Positions 27,854 to 36,360 of a DNA stretch of 64,000 nt are shown here, piece by piece. This DNA is from an uncultured virus (IMG/VR IMGVR_UViG_3300044610_000169) (taxonomy: Duplodnaviria; Heunggongvirae; Uroviricota; Caudoviricetes): IMG/VR virus record IMGVR_UViG_3300044610_000169; one strand, written 5' to 3'. Numbering within the stretch: position 1 is the first letter of the stretch; every line of letters begins with the position of its first letter. The notes beneath the pieces are model-generated. The model worked only from the letters and a program-made list of their open reading frames with translations, did no database searches and had not been told where the DNA came from. The position numbers and the translations under genes were made by a program.

Positions 27854-28177
27854 ATGCTACGAACACTGAAGGCCGTTCACACCGTTTGGGGTCAGTCCCA
27901 ACACAGTAAAGAGTTTGCGCCGGGTATCGTGCTGCATTCAACGGCAGGACACGGAGGAATTGTGCTGAGTGCTGCAAGGCACAAGGAGCTACAAGCAAAA
28001 TTTGAGTTCGAAACGTTCGCGGGAGGGTCCAACTACGAAGAGGATTGTGACGTCGCGGTTGTTGTGATGGCATTCCCTCAATTCTTCAACGAGGATCAGC
28101 AACAACGCGCGAGATCACAAGTGTTAGCCAATCCCGAGTATTACGGCAACGTCGCCGCATGGGTCAAGGCGAACTAG
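27854..28177 (+). CDS. DUF7007-like protein
   Basis: T.WG, STAGHGG, YEEDC motifs. Confidence 0.7.
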   Translation: MLRTLKAVHTVWGQSQHSKEFAPGIVLHSTAGHGGIVLSAARHKELQAKFEFETFAGGSNYEEDCDVAVVVMAFPQFFNEDQQQRARSQVLANPEYYGNVAAWVKAN

Positions 28178-28205
28178 GACAACCAACTACAAGGAGATTT
28201 TTACG

Positions 28206-28454
28206 ATGAACCAACAAATGCAAAGAGAGATCGGAGCACGACGGGGAGCGATAATGCTCTATAAGGCGAATCATCTCGTATGCGACCTGAAAAAAGGCGA
28301 TTTATTTTGCTTTCCGAACAGTCCTCACGTTTTTGAATATCGTGGTCGAGGGTGGTATAGGTCAACCGCATTCCCAAATTCTGGCATGACGTACAGAACA
28401 GGCACGTTTACGGCATGTTTCCCGCAGTCGGCAACGTGTTTGGCGGCAAGCTAA
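28206..28454 (+). CDS. Hypothetical protein
   Basis: AAGGAG RBS. Confidence 0.6.
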   Translation: MNQQMQREIGARRGAIMLYKANHLVCDLKKGDLFCFPNSPHVFEYRGRGWYRSTAFPNSGMTYRTGTFTACFPQSATCLAAS

Positions 28455-28514
28455 GACGTTTCGCGCGTGAGTCCATCGAACGCCCCGATGGACAATCGCC
28501 TGCAACGTCGCAGG
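28455..28514 (+). repeat. Structured intergenic motif, copy B
   Basis: GACGTT-TCGC-GCG..GA-GTCCATCG/CGATGGAC..CGC-CTGC-AACGTC-GCAGG. Confidence 0.75.
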
Positions 28515-28545
28515 AATGTTTCACCCTATGTTTGGAGATAGTACG

Positions 28546-28722
28546 ATGAAAGTCACGATTGAGAACAACGAGTTGGTTATCCGCATCGCAATGCAAGAGC
28601 CACGACCATCGGCAAGCGGTAAAACGCTGGTTGTGGCGACCAGCAGCGGCAACAAGACGACTGAGGCGACCGTAAACGGGAAACCGATCACCATCGGTTT
28701 GAACGCCTACATCACTCGCTAG
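28546..28722 (+). CDS. Small conserved protein (SASGKTLVVAT family)
   Basis: PSASGKTLVVATSSGN...IGLNAY; GGAGA RBS. Confidence 0.75.
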   Translation: MKVTIENNELVIRIAMQEPRPSASGKTLVVATSSGNKTTEATVNGKPITIGLNAYITR

Positions 28723-28724
28723 CC

Positions 28725-28779
28725 ACGTTTCGCGCACGAGGGGACACCCCGAGTCCCTGAGTGCCTGCAACGTCGCAGG
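28725..28779 (+). repeat. Structured intergenic motif, copy C
   Basis: ACGTT-TCGC-GCAC-GA-GGGGAC/GTCCCT-GA-GTGC-CTGC-AACGTC-GCAGG. Confidence 0.75.
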
Positions 28780-28806
28780 AACACAACAACACAAGGAGAT
28801 TTTGCA

Positions 28807-29247
28807 ATGGCTTCAGACGAACAATTCAAGCGGCTGCTATTGGCGGCTAACGTACTACTGGACAACCACATGGACCTTGGCGATTGCTACGTCCATAACG
28901 ACAACGACGACGATGATTATCCAGAAGACGGAGACGGAGACCGCTGGTATCACGATTGGTGGGAACTGCGCGAGGCAATCAGAGGATGCGAACAGGCGGA
29001 CCCCGAAACGGCGGAAAAGTGGTTCGACATGATCGGCGACACAACGATCACCCGCGAGGCACTCGACTCAGGTAAGATCGTCCACACTGGATGGAAGTTG
29101 AACGGACAGGACACCCGTCGTCTGTACGAAACCCAGCCAGATTGGGGCGTCAACGTCATTAATTACTTTGATCTCAACGGCAGGTATTTAGGGCGAGACG
29201 ACAACGGACTTGAACCGACGTTTGCCGAGGCGACCAGCCAGCAATAG
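28807..29247 (+). CDS. Acidic hypothetical protein
   Basis: AAGGAG RBS; YLG.D..G.EP.F tail. Confidence 0.7.
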   Translation: MASDEQFKRLLLAANVLLDNHMDLGDCYVHNDNDDDDYPEDGDGDRWYHDWWELREAIRGCEQADPETAEKWFDMIGDTTITREALDSGKIVHTGWKLNGQDTRRLYETQPDWGVNVINYFDLNGRYLGRDDNGLEPTFAEATSQQ

Positions 29248-29321
29248 GAAACATGGTGCGCGGTACGAGCCACATCGACCGCACGGCTAGAGCGTGTTTC
29301 GAACTTTCGCGCGGCTAGCCG

Positions 29322-29379
29322 ATTCGGCGCGCAACTGAGCGGATGCGCCAGCATCGCGGGTTCGACCCCGCCGCCGAAT
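29322..29379 (+). ncRNA. Mini tRNA-like element (no anticodon arm)
   Basis: ATTCGGCG/CGCCGAAT stem, CGCA/TGCG hairpin, GCGGG-TTCGAC-CCCGC T-like arm. Confidence 0.45.
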
Positions 29380-29435
29380 TTGCCTCCTGCCGGGATTGGC
29401 TCCGGCTTACTAACACATTTTTTGGAGACGGTACA

Positions 29436-29561
29436 ATGGACTACGAAAAGCAGCTCCGAGTTCTGGCGGCGTTAAACTTCATCATTATTCTTCTGATGGC
29501 TAACTTGGTCCTCAATATGGGGATCTTGGTTCAAGTCGCTCTCATGCGCTCAGGCAAGTGA
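29436..29561 (+). CDS. Small membrane protein
   Basis: GGAGA RBS; long hydrophobic stretch. Confidence 0.6.
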   Translation: MDYEKQLRVLAALNFIIILLMANLVLNMGILVQVALMRSGK

Positions 29562-29611
29562 AGCGAAGCTCGATTAACAACGTTTTTTTGGAAACACAAG
29601 GAGATTTTACG

Positions 29612-29953
29612 ATGGCTAAGCATTCCCCAGGACCATACGTTGTTTGCACAAACGACAACGAACCAAACGTATTATTTATCGAGCAGGACGCTGAAAACTT
29701 GGCGGAGGAACACGGAGAACCGTCAGTAATTGGAGAGGTATATTTGACAGGCAACGGCATCGACGAGGCAACGGGACGAGCCAACGCAACACTGTGGGCA
29801 TCCGCGCCCGATATGCTCAAGGCTCTCAGAGAGTGCATCACCGACGAAGCATCTGTAGCCTACAAGAACAACGACCCTGAAAAACTCAGAAGGAGATTGC
29901 GATACATCACTAAAATCGTAATCCAGCAGATTGCACGAGCTACTGGCGAATAA
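29612..29953 (+). CDS. Phage 'SPGP...ANA.L.A.AP.ML' family protein
   Basis: KHSPGPY, ANATLWASAPDMLKAL. Confidence 0.75.
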   Translation: MAKHSPGPYVVCTNDNEPNVLFIEQDAENLAEEHGEPSVIGEVYLTGNGIDEATGRANATLWASAPDMLKALRECITDEASVAYKNNDPEKLRRRLRYITKIVIQQIARATGE

Positions 29954-30007
29954 CGACTCGCGCAAGCATTTACATTTTCAGTGAAGCTTTTACAGGAGAT
30001 TTTGATT

Positions 30008-30427
30008 ATGTCTGATCGGTATTACGGAACGGTTTACTTGGGCGGAAAAGTCACTCAAGAGCAGTTCGGCAAGTGCAAGGAGTTGCTAGAGTCTTGCTTG
30101 GACGACGAACTGAGCGACGACGGATCGGGAGCGTTTATTGAATGCAATGAGAGCGATTTAGCGGATATCGTTGCGTACTGCAAGTCTGAAAGCATTGCGT
30201 TGTCTTTGCACTGGGAAGCTTCAGGCGACCAAGGTAGTTACGTTGAGTATTGGATCGGCGGAGCTTACAAGTTCTATGTCGCTGATTTAGAAGGCAACAT
30301 TGCGGTCAGAATGTCCGACTTGAAAGCACACCCCGAGATGACTATCGCGGAGTTCATTGCCAGGATGGACATCCCCGAGTTCCCCTTGTTTGAAATCATC
30401 GAAACCCCTGAGCAGCAACCCGCCTGA
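30008..30427 (+). CDS. Hypothetical protein
   Basis: AGGAGA RBS. Confidence 0.7.
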   Translation: MSDRYYGTVYLGGKVTQEQFGKCKELLESCLDDELSDDGSGAFIECNESDLADIVAYCKSESIALSLHWEASGDQGSYVEYWIGGAYKFYVADLEGNIAVRMSDLKAHPEMTIAEFIARMDIPEFPLFEIIETPEQQPA

Positions 30428-30494
30428 CACCACCCGTCACCCAGCGGCGGGGTGATGGTTTCAACAATAGCGCGCCCGAACGCCGCTCGGGCGC

Positions 30495-30839
30495 ATGGAA
30501 TTTATGCAAATGTTACTCGAAGAAGCAGTTGAGATAATCGACAACCGAAATGGAAAACCGCATGAAGATGATTGGGATTTGGCTGATGCCGCAACTACAG
30601 TTAGGCAATATGTCATGAGTATTCCTAAATTGGAAAGGGTATCGACAAAGCGACTAAAAGCCATGGACGTCGGGGAGTGTCGCGTATTTTCGGAACCAGA
30701 AAACACGAAAAATACTGGCGCACCTTCGCAGGGGTTCGCCTGTCGTGCCAATGTTAAAATCACTACTACGGCTTGTTTGATTGTAGTGCCGTCAACTGCA
30801 ACGACAGTAAAAGCCGTAATCGTAGTTAGGGTCGCATAA
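30495..30839 (+). CDS. Hypothetical protein
   Basis: ORF on the coding strand; start uncertain. Confidence 0.5.
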   Translation: MEFMQMLLEEAVEIIDNRNGKPHEDDWDLADAATTVRQYVMSIPKLERVSTKRLKAMDVGECRVFSEPENTKNTGAPSQGFACRANVKITTTACLIVVPSTATTVKAVIVVRVA

Positions 30840-30984
30840 CACCCTGGGATCACCAAAGCTCCCGCAGTAATCCTTATATCGCGATAGAGACGCGAACACG
30901 AGGGGATTCGCCCAATCCCCGACTGTCCGCGCCCCTGGCAGTCAGAGGCAGGATAGCACCATTGCAAAGGAGATTGCACACACC

Positions 30985-31428
30985 ATGACATCCGTAACGA
31001 TTAAGACCGTCACGGCTCCCCCGTTCATTGAGCGCGGCACAAGGCTCACGCCACGGCTGCACCTTGTCGTTGATTACACGAAAGGAGGGACCAGCCTGAT
31101 TAACGGCAAGCACTACCCCCGAGGGTATCAGATTTCAGTCCGGTTCGACCGGATCGCCGACGATGGCGAGATATCGCAGGTCATCGACGGCAAAGGAGAT
31201 CCGTCGCTGTGCATCGAACCATCACCACGGTTCACTAGGAAGCGACTGGATAGCATTGTCGCGGAAGTCTATGGCGAGCTGCATCAACGGCTCATCAGGG
31301 AACTGTACCGCCAAGCAACGGCGGACCGCAGCAACCACGTTTGGCCGGACGACATCCTACCGTTGAACAAGCCAACAGAACATACGGAGAGTACAAGTGT
31401 ACGTAGTGAAAACATGCACGAAGTGTAA
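30985..31428 (+). CDS. Hypothetical protein
   Basis: AAGGAG RBS; YTKGG.....G...PRGY motif. Confidence 0.7.
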   Translation: MTSVTIKTVTAPPFIERGTRLTPRLHLVVDYTKGGTSLINGKHYPRGYQISVRFDRIADDGEISQVIDGKGDPSLCIEPSPRFTRKRLDSIVAEVYGELHQRLIRELYRQATADRSNHVWPDDILPLNKPTEHTESTSVRSENMHEV

Positions 31429-31612
31429 GCAGGAAAAGCCGCTTGCCGAATTTGGACGCTACACGCGCACCAAAGACGGCTTGGACACTCAATGCAAGGA
31501 ATGTCGGAAATCCAAACAAAAGACCCCAGAGTCACGCAACTTGCCTGGGAATCGTCGGCAATGGACTGAAGGCATGATGCGGCATCTCGAACTAGGACCA
31601 GGAGACTATTGA
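31397..31612 (+). CDS. Zn-binding protein (HNH-associated N-terminal type)
   Basis: KTCTKC..EKPL.EF...KDGL...CKEC. Confidence 0.65.
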   Translation: MYVVKTCTKCKQEKPLAEFGRYTRTKDGLDTQCKECRKSKQKTPESRNLPGNRRQWTEGMMRHLELGPGDY

Positions 31613-31613
31613 T

Positions 31614-31760
31614 ATGGCAAGATGGATTTTGCTAGTTTTGTGCCTGTGCAGCGGTTGCGCAGGCTATCGGACGAAAGTGACTTTCACCAAGATCGACGGG
31701 AAGCCAGCGATCAGTTTTGAGATTGAGGAATCAAGGAGATTTAATCATGCGGATAGGTAG
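31614..31760 (+). CDS. Small lipoprotein (48 aa)
   Basis: Below the ORF-track cutoff: MARWILLVLCLCSGC with a lipobox-like SGC; AGGAGA RBS. Confidence 0.6.
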   Translation: MARWILLVLCLCSGCAGYRTKVTFTKIDGKPAISFEIEESRRFNHADR

Positions 31761-32274
31761 TACAGTGCAGATCGGACGGCGCAACGAGGATTACGAATAC
31801 TCGGCTGTGCCGGGATCACCATCGGGCATCGTCATTGGAATCGACAGCCAGGAATGCGACAATCACGAGCGCGTCGAGTCGGTGAAAATCCGATGGCAGG
31901 ACGGCAGGATCGAAACCCTCGAACCCGAGGGAGACGACGATCAAGGCGACTGGGAGTTGGTCGACACGACCCCGTTGCTCTATGCCAACCTCTATTTGTA
32001 CGACCGCGCTTACGGCGGTTCAGAGGAGGGTGGATGGTGGTACGATACCTACACACCTGCCGATGGCGATTGGAACACCGAGCCAGCAAAGCACGGCTTA
32101 TGCGAGTCGGTTGACGCTGCCAAGGCGGCTTACGAAGCGTTGCAAGCATGGTGCGAAGAAGAGAACAAGAACCGTCGCAGTCCCCATAGCGTGGCGTCTG
32201 AGGGTCATTACGTTGTGTGGCTCGAAGCGTGGCCGGCTGAACACTCGCCAGCACGCAAACCCTACTATTGTTGA
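31747..32274 (+). CDS. Hypothetical protein
   Basis: AAGGAG RBS; DRAYGG.EEGGWWY motif, ends P.Y. Confidence 0.75.
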   Translation: MRIGSTVQIGRRNEDYEYSAVPGSPSGIVIGIDSQECDNHERVESVKIRWQDGRIETLEPEGDDDQGDWELVDTTPLLYANLYLYDRAYGGSEEGGWWYDTYTPADGDWNTEPAKHGLCESVDAAKAAYEALQAWCEEENKNRRSPHSVASEGHYVVWLEAWPAEHSPARKPYYC

Positions 32275-32286
32275 TTGGAGGCAATC

Positions 32287-32412
32287 GTGGATATTGTCGA
32301 CTGGATTGTTTTGGGAGTCCTGTACGTTGCAGGCTCCTATGGTTTGGCGGTACTTTGCTACGATGTTATTTTCCCAGCAATGGCTGGAAAGGATGAATGG
32401 GATGACAACTAA
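32287..32412 (+). CDS. Small membrane protein (41 aa)
   Basis: GGAGG RBS, GTG start, single TM. Confidence 0.55.
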   Translation: MDIVDWIVLGVLYVAGSYGLAVLCYDVIFPAMAGKDEWDDN

Positions 32413-32998
32413 ACACATCGAGGCGTTTTGGGTAAACGCAACGGCGGATGATGTTGCGCGGGTAATGGCAGGGGAGACGGTGGAGGCTAGGTTTCGCAAT
32501 TCAAAAAAGCACGAATGGGAAAACGGGAACTTGCGAGGGTGGAGTCAAGTCGAACAGGACAAGAGGTTTTGGGATCAACGCGCATACCAATGGCTTAAAT
32601 GCCAAGTCTACCGCGAGCCTTCCTGGTACGCGAACAAGCCCGAGCCGGGGCCGGGGTTCAGGCTGCTGGATAAGTTTCCCGATGAGGAATTGAAGCCGGG
32701 GGATGAGCTATGGTATAAGGAAGATGAGTTATGGGGCATAAGCAACAATGCCCACCACGACATGGCGCAGGGTCCAGGATGCTGGTATCGCCGACGCATC
32801 GAGGTGGTCGAGCCTGAGCCGAAGCATTACGTTTTGCGGGTGGGTGATTCGGTCGAAAGCCCAAGCGGCGATCGGATCAAGTGCGTAGAGCCGAGCGTTG
32901 AGCAAAGGCACTACAAGCTCAGGGCTACCGATACGATCAGCACACCCAACGGGCTGACGATCACGATCACGGAAAAAGGCTTTGAGGTGACGCAGTGA
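32402..32998 (+). CDS. Modular hypothetical protein
   Basis: Contains the PG.G.RLL...E....GD...WYRR module and a duplicated HY.LR..D...P.G unit. Confidence 0.7.
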   Translation: MTTKHIEAFWVNATADDVARVMAGETVEARFRNSKKHEWENGNLRGWSQVEQDKRFWDQRAYQWLKCQVYREPSWYANKPEPGPGFRLLDKFPDEELKPGDELWYKEDELWGISNNAHHDMAQGPGCWYRRRIEVVEPEPKHYVLRVGDSVESPSGDRIKCVEPSVEQRHYKLRATDTISTPNGLTITITEKGFEVTQ

Positions 32999-33198
32999 GC
33001 GAACAACAGAAGCCCAACCCAGGTTTAGGCTATAGATTGCTGGCTAGCCATGAGTCGTTGCAGGCGGGTGATGACGTATACAAAATCTCTGGATGGAAAA
33101 AAAGCATGGGCGCAGAATGCGGACAAAAACAAATGCTAGATCTTTGGTATCGACGGAAAAAGAAAAAATCGAAGCCGATCGATCCAGAGCAGCCATGA
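32995..33198 (+). CDS. Single-module paralog of the preceding gene
   Basis: PGLGYRLL...ESLQAGD...WYRR. Confidence 0.65.
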   Translation: MSEQQKPNPGLGYRLLASHESLQAGDDVYKISGWKKSMGAECGQKQMLDLWYRRKKKKSKPIDPEQP

Positions 33199-33265
33199 AA
33201 CGAGCTCACTGCTGTAAGCATTTACAGGGAATGATTTCAGTGTCAGTTAGCGAGGAGGTGAAGCA

Positions 33266-33472
33266 ATGACTCAGGAAACTAAACCAACGCCGCGAGAGTG
33301 GTTCGTCGAGGCGATCATTCGCGACAAAGGTAATTCGGCAGACGAAGTGTGGGAAGCGTTTTGTGCGTTCGCACAGCAGCGGCTCAAAGAGGACTACCCC
33401 GACTCGTCATACGCCGCAATGGTGTTTGACGGAGGGGACGGCGAGATCATTGGACTGGAGCTGCACGAATGA
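33266..33472 (+). CDS. Hypothetical protein
   Basis: GGAGGTG RBS; last gene before convergence. Confidence 0.65.
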   Translation: MTQETKPTPREWFVEAIIRDKGNSADEVWEAFCAFAQQRLKEDYPDSSYAAMVFDGGDGEIIGLELHE

Positions 33473-33539
33473 GCATTTATACCCACCAACCACGCAACGC
33501 TGACACTCGCTCATGGGGTGCCAGCGTTTTTTCGTTGGT

Positions 33540-34109
33540 CTATCGCTCCGAAGACTTTCGAGCCTGCGCAAACCGTAATAGGTCGATCGGCTGCACTCGC
33601 CACATAGCACGTTGCGCCTTGTCGGGTCGAACGTCCACCGCAGCTAGCTCGCCACTGTCGATCCAGGTTTGCACTGTGCGACGGTTCACCCGCATCTTGT
33701 CCGCCACTTCATCGACTTTAAGCATTTCGTTTTTCATAAACGCAACAACCTCCTCTATCTCGATTCTCCGAGGTGCTCTCGGTGAAGTCAACTCCAAGTA
33801 GGCAATGAGATCCCAGTCGTGCAACCGACGCTCGGCGAGCAATGCAAGCTGCCTTGCCTCCGGCCACTTCCCCGCATCTCCAAGCGAGTCATGGCAAGTT
33901 CGGCAGACAACAAGCAACGCAAAGAGTTTGTCGAGACTCTTTTGCCGATGCACCCCCCTGGAGATTTCATGGACATCGAATGGCATTGTCCAATCGCTCA
34001 AGAATGGACGATCGCACACCTCACAGCACCCAACCGACTCACGGAGGCTGTCCCGAACAGGCTTAGCCGCCATGAATCGTGCTCGTGTCTTGTCGCTCAT
34101 GCGTTTCAT
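33540..34109 (-). CDS. HNH-like domain fused to excisionase-type HTH
   Basis: CEVC...DVHEI...CRTCH, then LKVDEVADKMRVNRRTVQTWIDSGEL.A. Confidence 0.75.
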   Translation of the reverse strand: MKRMSDKTRARFMAAKPVRDSLRESVGCCEVCDRPFLSDWTMPFDVHEISRGVHRQKSLDKLFALLVVCRTCHDSLGDAGKWPEARQLALLAERRLHDWDLIAYLELTSPRAPRRIEIEEVVAFMKNEMLKVDEVADKMRVNRRTVQTWIDSGELAAVDVRPDKAQRAMWRVQPIDLLRFAQARKSSER

Positions 34110-34111
34110 GG

Positions 34112-34363
34112 CTAGAAGGGTGCTCCGCCAGTCGATGGAGAGTCTGGCTTGCTAGATTGGGCATTGCTGCCGCCTGCTTCTTTCGGAGTGAAAGACAGAC
34201 TGAGAAACTCACCTGACTTTCCTTGCTTGATCCAAGCGGATATCCACACCTTCTGTCCGTTAATCACCCCGTCCCCTTTGCGATCGGGCAGGTTCGACTT
34301 CGGATCGGTTTTCTTATCGTTGACGAAAAGGGTTCCGCTATTGTCGCGTTGTTCGTAAGGCAT
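34112..34363 (-). CDS. Small ssDNA-binding-like protein
   Basis: NSGTLF.N.KK, PD.KG, ISAW, FLSL, C-terminal APF. Confidence 0.75.
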   Translation of the reverse strand: MPYEQRDNSGTLFVNDKKTDPKSNLPDRKGDGVINGQKVWISAWIKQGKSGEFLSLSFTPKEAGGSNAQSSKPDSPSTGGAPF

Positions 34364-34364
34364 A

Positions 34365-34754
34365 CTAAGTCACTTCCTTTTGCGAGCCGTGAGTTTTTAC
34401 ATTGTGGCAATGCTCGCACAGCACCACAAATCCGTCTGCTTCACATAGCAGACGCTCTACAAATCCTGGGAGATCACTGTACGCCAGCAACCTCCCTACT
34501 GGAATCACATGGTCGACCGCGACTTGCTTCTGCGGGAACCACTGCAAGCATTGGCTGCATTGGTGCTCGTATTTCAGTCGCTTGTTGTCGCTCTGACTCG
34601 GACGCCGCGAGGCTTCCATCGCACGTTGTAACGGACGCCACTTGCGAGACATCAGCCGCAGGTTCGATCGGATGAACGACCAGAACCCCGCCTCTGTCAT
34701 GGTGTTGTCGGCTCGGGTTCTAGGAACCCGCTGTTTCTTCGGTTGCTTTCGCAT
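34365..34754 (-). CDS. HNH-type endonuclease
   Basis: FIRS.LR, CSQC, VDHVIPVG, LCEHCHNVKT. Confidence 0.8.
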   Translation of the reverse strand: MRKQPKKQRVPRTRADNTMTEAGFWSFIRSNLRLMSRKWRPLQRAMEASRRPSQSDNKRLKYEHQCSQCLQWFPQKQVAVDHVIPVGRLLAYSDLPGFVERLLCEADGFVVLCEHCHNVKTHGSQKEVT

Positions 34755-35037
34755 CACCACTCCCTTCTTCTTTTCGCCAGCCTGCAATTACTTCTTGCGC
34801 CCACGGCTCATCTACTTTAGATAGAGCCTCAGCCATCACAACAATTCCATTTTCTACCGCTAAGTACGCTTGCGCTCTATCGGCAAGACTTAAAGTTTCA
34901 TCGCCCACTTTGCTCAAAAGTCGTTTGAGCGAGCCTCTTTGCAGTGCAACTTCTATTTTGTTTTCGCTTAAACCCTGCTGCTTCCACCAGTCTACAATTG
35001 TATCTAAAAGTTGGTCAGTTTTGCTTTTCTCGCTCAT
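34720..35037 (-). CDS. Hypothetical protein
   Basis: GGAGAT RBS. Confidence 0.55.
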   Translation of the reverse strand: MSEKSKTDQLLDTIVDWWKQQGLSENKIEVALQRGSLKRLLSKVGDETLSLADRAQAYLAVENGIVVMAEALSKVDEPWAQEVIAGWRKEEGSGDAKATEETAGS

Positions 35038-35051
35038 CGTCAAATCTCCAA

Positions 35052-35918
35052 TTAAAACAACTCAACCAAATCCAACCACAGACCACCTGCGGTTAGCAAT
35101 TCTCGCATATCCTTGTGCGGCTTGGGGACCATCACCCATCGAGTGTTGAGTTCCGCAGCCACCTTCTTCGCGCCGAACAGTCCAGGCCAGCAGAACGCGC
35201 ACCCTCGGCAGTTCAGCGTACAGCTCGGCACGCGCCCTCGTTTCTCAGGCACTTCGTCACGCTCACCAACTACGATCACTCGCTTGTCTGGACAGCATTG
35301 CTTGACCATGCGACGAACGTACTCGCCACCGTGGGTGTTCGATGCTCGACCAATTGCGCAAAGTCCCGCCGACTCGCAAGCCGCAACGTCCGATCCCCCC
35401 TCAACGACCCAAAGCGGACCAGGACGGCTGAACCACTCCGAAGTGTAGAATACGCCAGTGGAACCTCCCTCGTTGGTACGCTTGGCACCATCAACGTACC
35501 TGCGAACGTAACCGATGCAACGTCCGTTGTGGTCGCGACTCGGCCAACTTGAGAACTCTGCGCCGTTCCATTCGTCCCATCCAATGCCAACTCGCATCAA
35601 TTCAAGCGACTCGACGGAGACTGCCAACGTATCAGCAATCTCGCAACGCTTGTCGTGCGCCTTCTCATGGTCGAACATCGCTCGGCACTCCCTTGTCCAG
35701 TCAGGCTTCTTCAGGACGGTCTTCGTCGGTGAGACTGGCGGCAACGGGTTGGACAGCACATGGATCCACCCCATGGTCCCGTCTTTCGCCGCACTCGGCT
35801 TGTCTGAATCGACCCGCATACACCGCACAGCAGAGCCGTCTACGGTCCTGGTGCAGTAGTCAGGCTTGCCGCACACCGGACATGGCTCGCGCCGTGATAC
35901 TCGCTTCCATTCGCTCAT
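35052..35918 (-). CDS. DNA primase (Zn finger + TOPRIM)
   Basis: CPVCGKPDYC, VVEGGSD, ERD in place of DxD, KDMRE. Confidence 0.8.
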   Translation of the reverse strand: MSEWKRVSRREPCPVCGKPDYCTRTVDGSAVRCMRVDSDKPSAAKDGTMGWIHVLSNPLPPVSPTKTVLKKPDWTRECRAMFDHEKAHDKRCEIADTLAVSVESLELMRVGIGWDEWNGAEFSSWPSRDHNGRCIGYVRRYVDGAKRTNEGGSTGVFYTSEWFSRPGPLWVVEGGSDVAACESAGLCAIGRASNTHGGEYVRRMVKQCCPDKRVIVVGERDEVPEKRGRVPSCTLNCRGCAFCWPGLFGAKKVAAELNTRWVMVPKPHKDMRELLTAGGLWLDLVELF

Positions 35919-36193
35919 TCTAGCGCTCTCAGTTTCACTTTTTTTGAAGCATTGACGCCTATCGTAACTTCCTGTCCCTTAAACCGCACGATCGCCAACA
36001 GGATCGCTGTCTCCCCACCCATGACGATCTCAGCGCCAGCAGCCAGCGGTCCGTGTGTTTCGCCGTTGATCGCAAGCCACGCATGCTTGCCGTCGATCAC
36101 TCGCACCAACTTTACCGTGTTGACGTAGCCGAGGTGTTCCATCTCGATCGAATCGCCAGGGTTGCGCTTGCAGATCCAGTTTCCGCCGCTCAA
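35915..36193 (-). CDS. CsrA-like protein with duplicated fold
   Basis: ICKRNPGDSI start and KGQEVTIGVNA.K.VK....E end match the CsrA pattern; about 35 extra internal residues. Confidence 0.5.
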   Translation of the reverse strand: MSGGNWICKRNPGDSIEMEHLGYVNTVKLVRVIDGKHAWLAINGETHGPLAAGAEIVMGGETAILLAIVRFKGQEVTIGVNASKKVKLRALE

Positions 36194-36360
36194 AATGCCA
36201 CCTCTTCTGTTCGTTTCTCGATCAACGCCCTAGCAAATCGAAGGCCGTTCATGTAAGCCGCACGAGCCGTTAGAGTCCCCATGCTCTCCTTGTGCCGATC
36301 CAAGTCCCATACCCTAGCGATTTCCGCATCGATCCGGTCAAGTATTTCTTGGTCTGTCAT
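36190..36360 (-). CDS. Small hypothetical protein
   Basis: ATGA-coupled start MTDQEIL. Confidence 0.55.
   Translation of the reverse strand: MTDQEILDRIDAEIARVWDLDRHKESMGTLTARAAYMNGLRFARALIEKRTEEVAF

Noticed and set aside
25573..28779. CRISPR array or integron attC sites
   Set aside because: The repeats are dispersed and not regularly spaced, have no GTTRRRY/RYYYAAC ends, and no cas or integron integrase gene is present.
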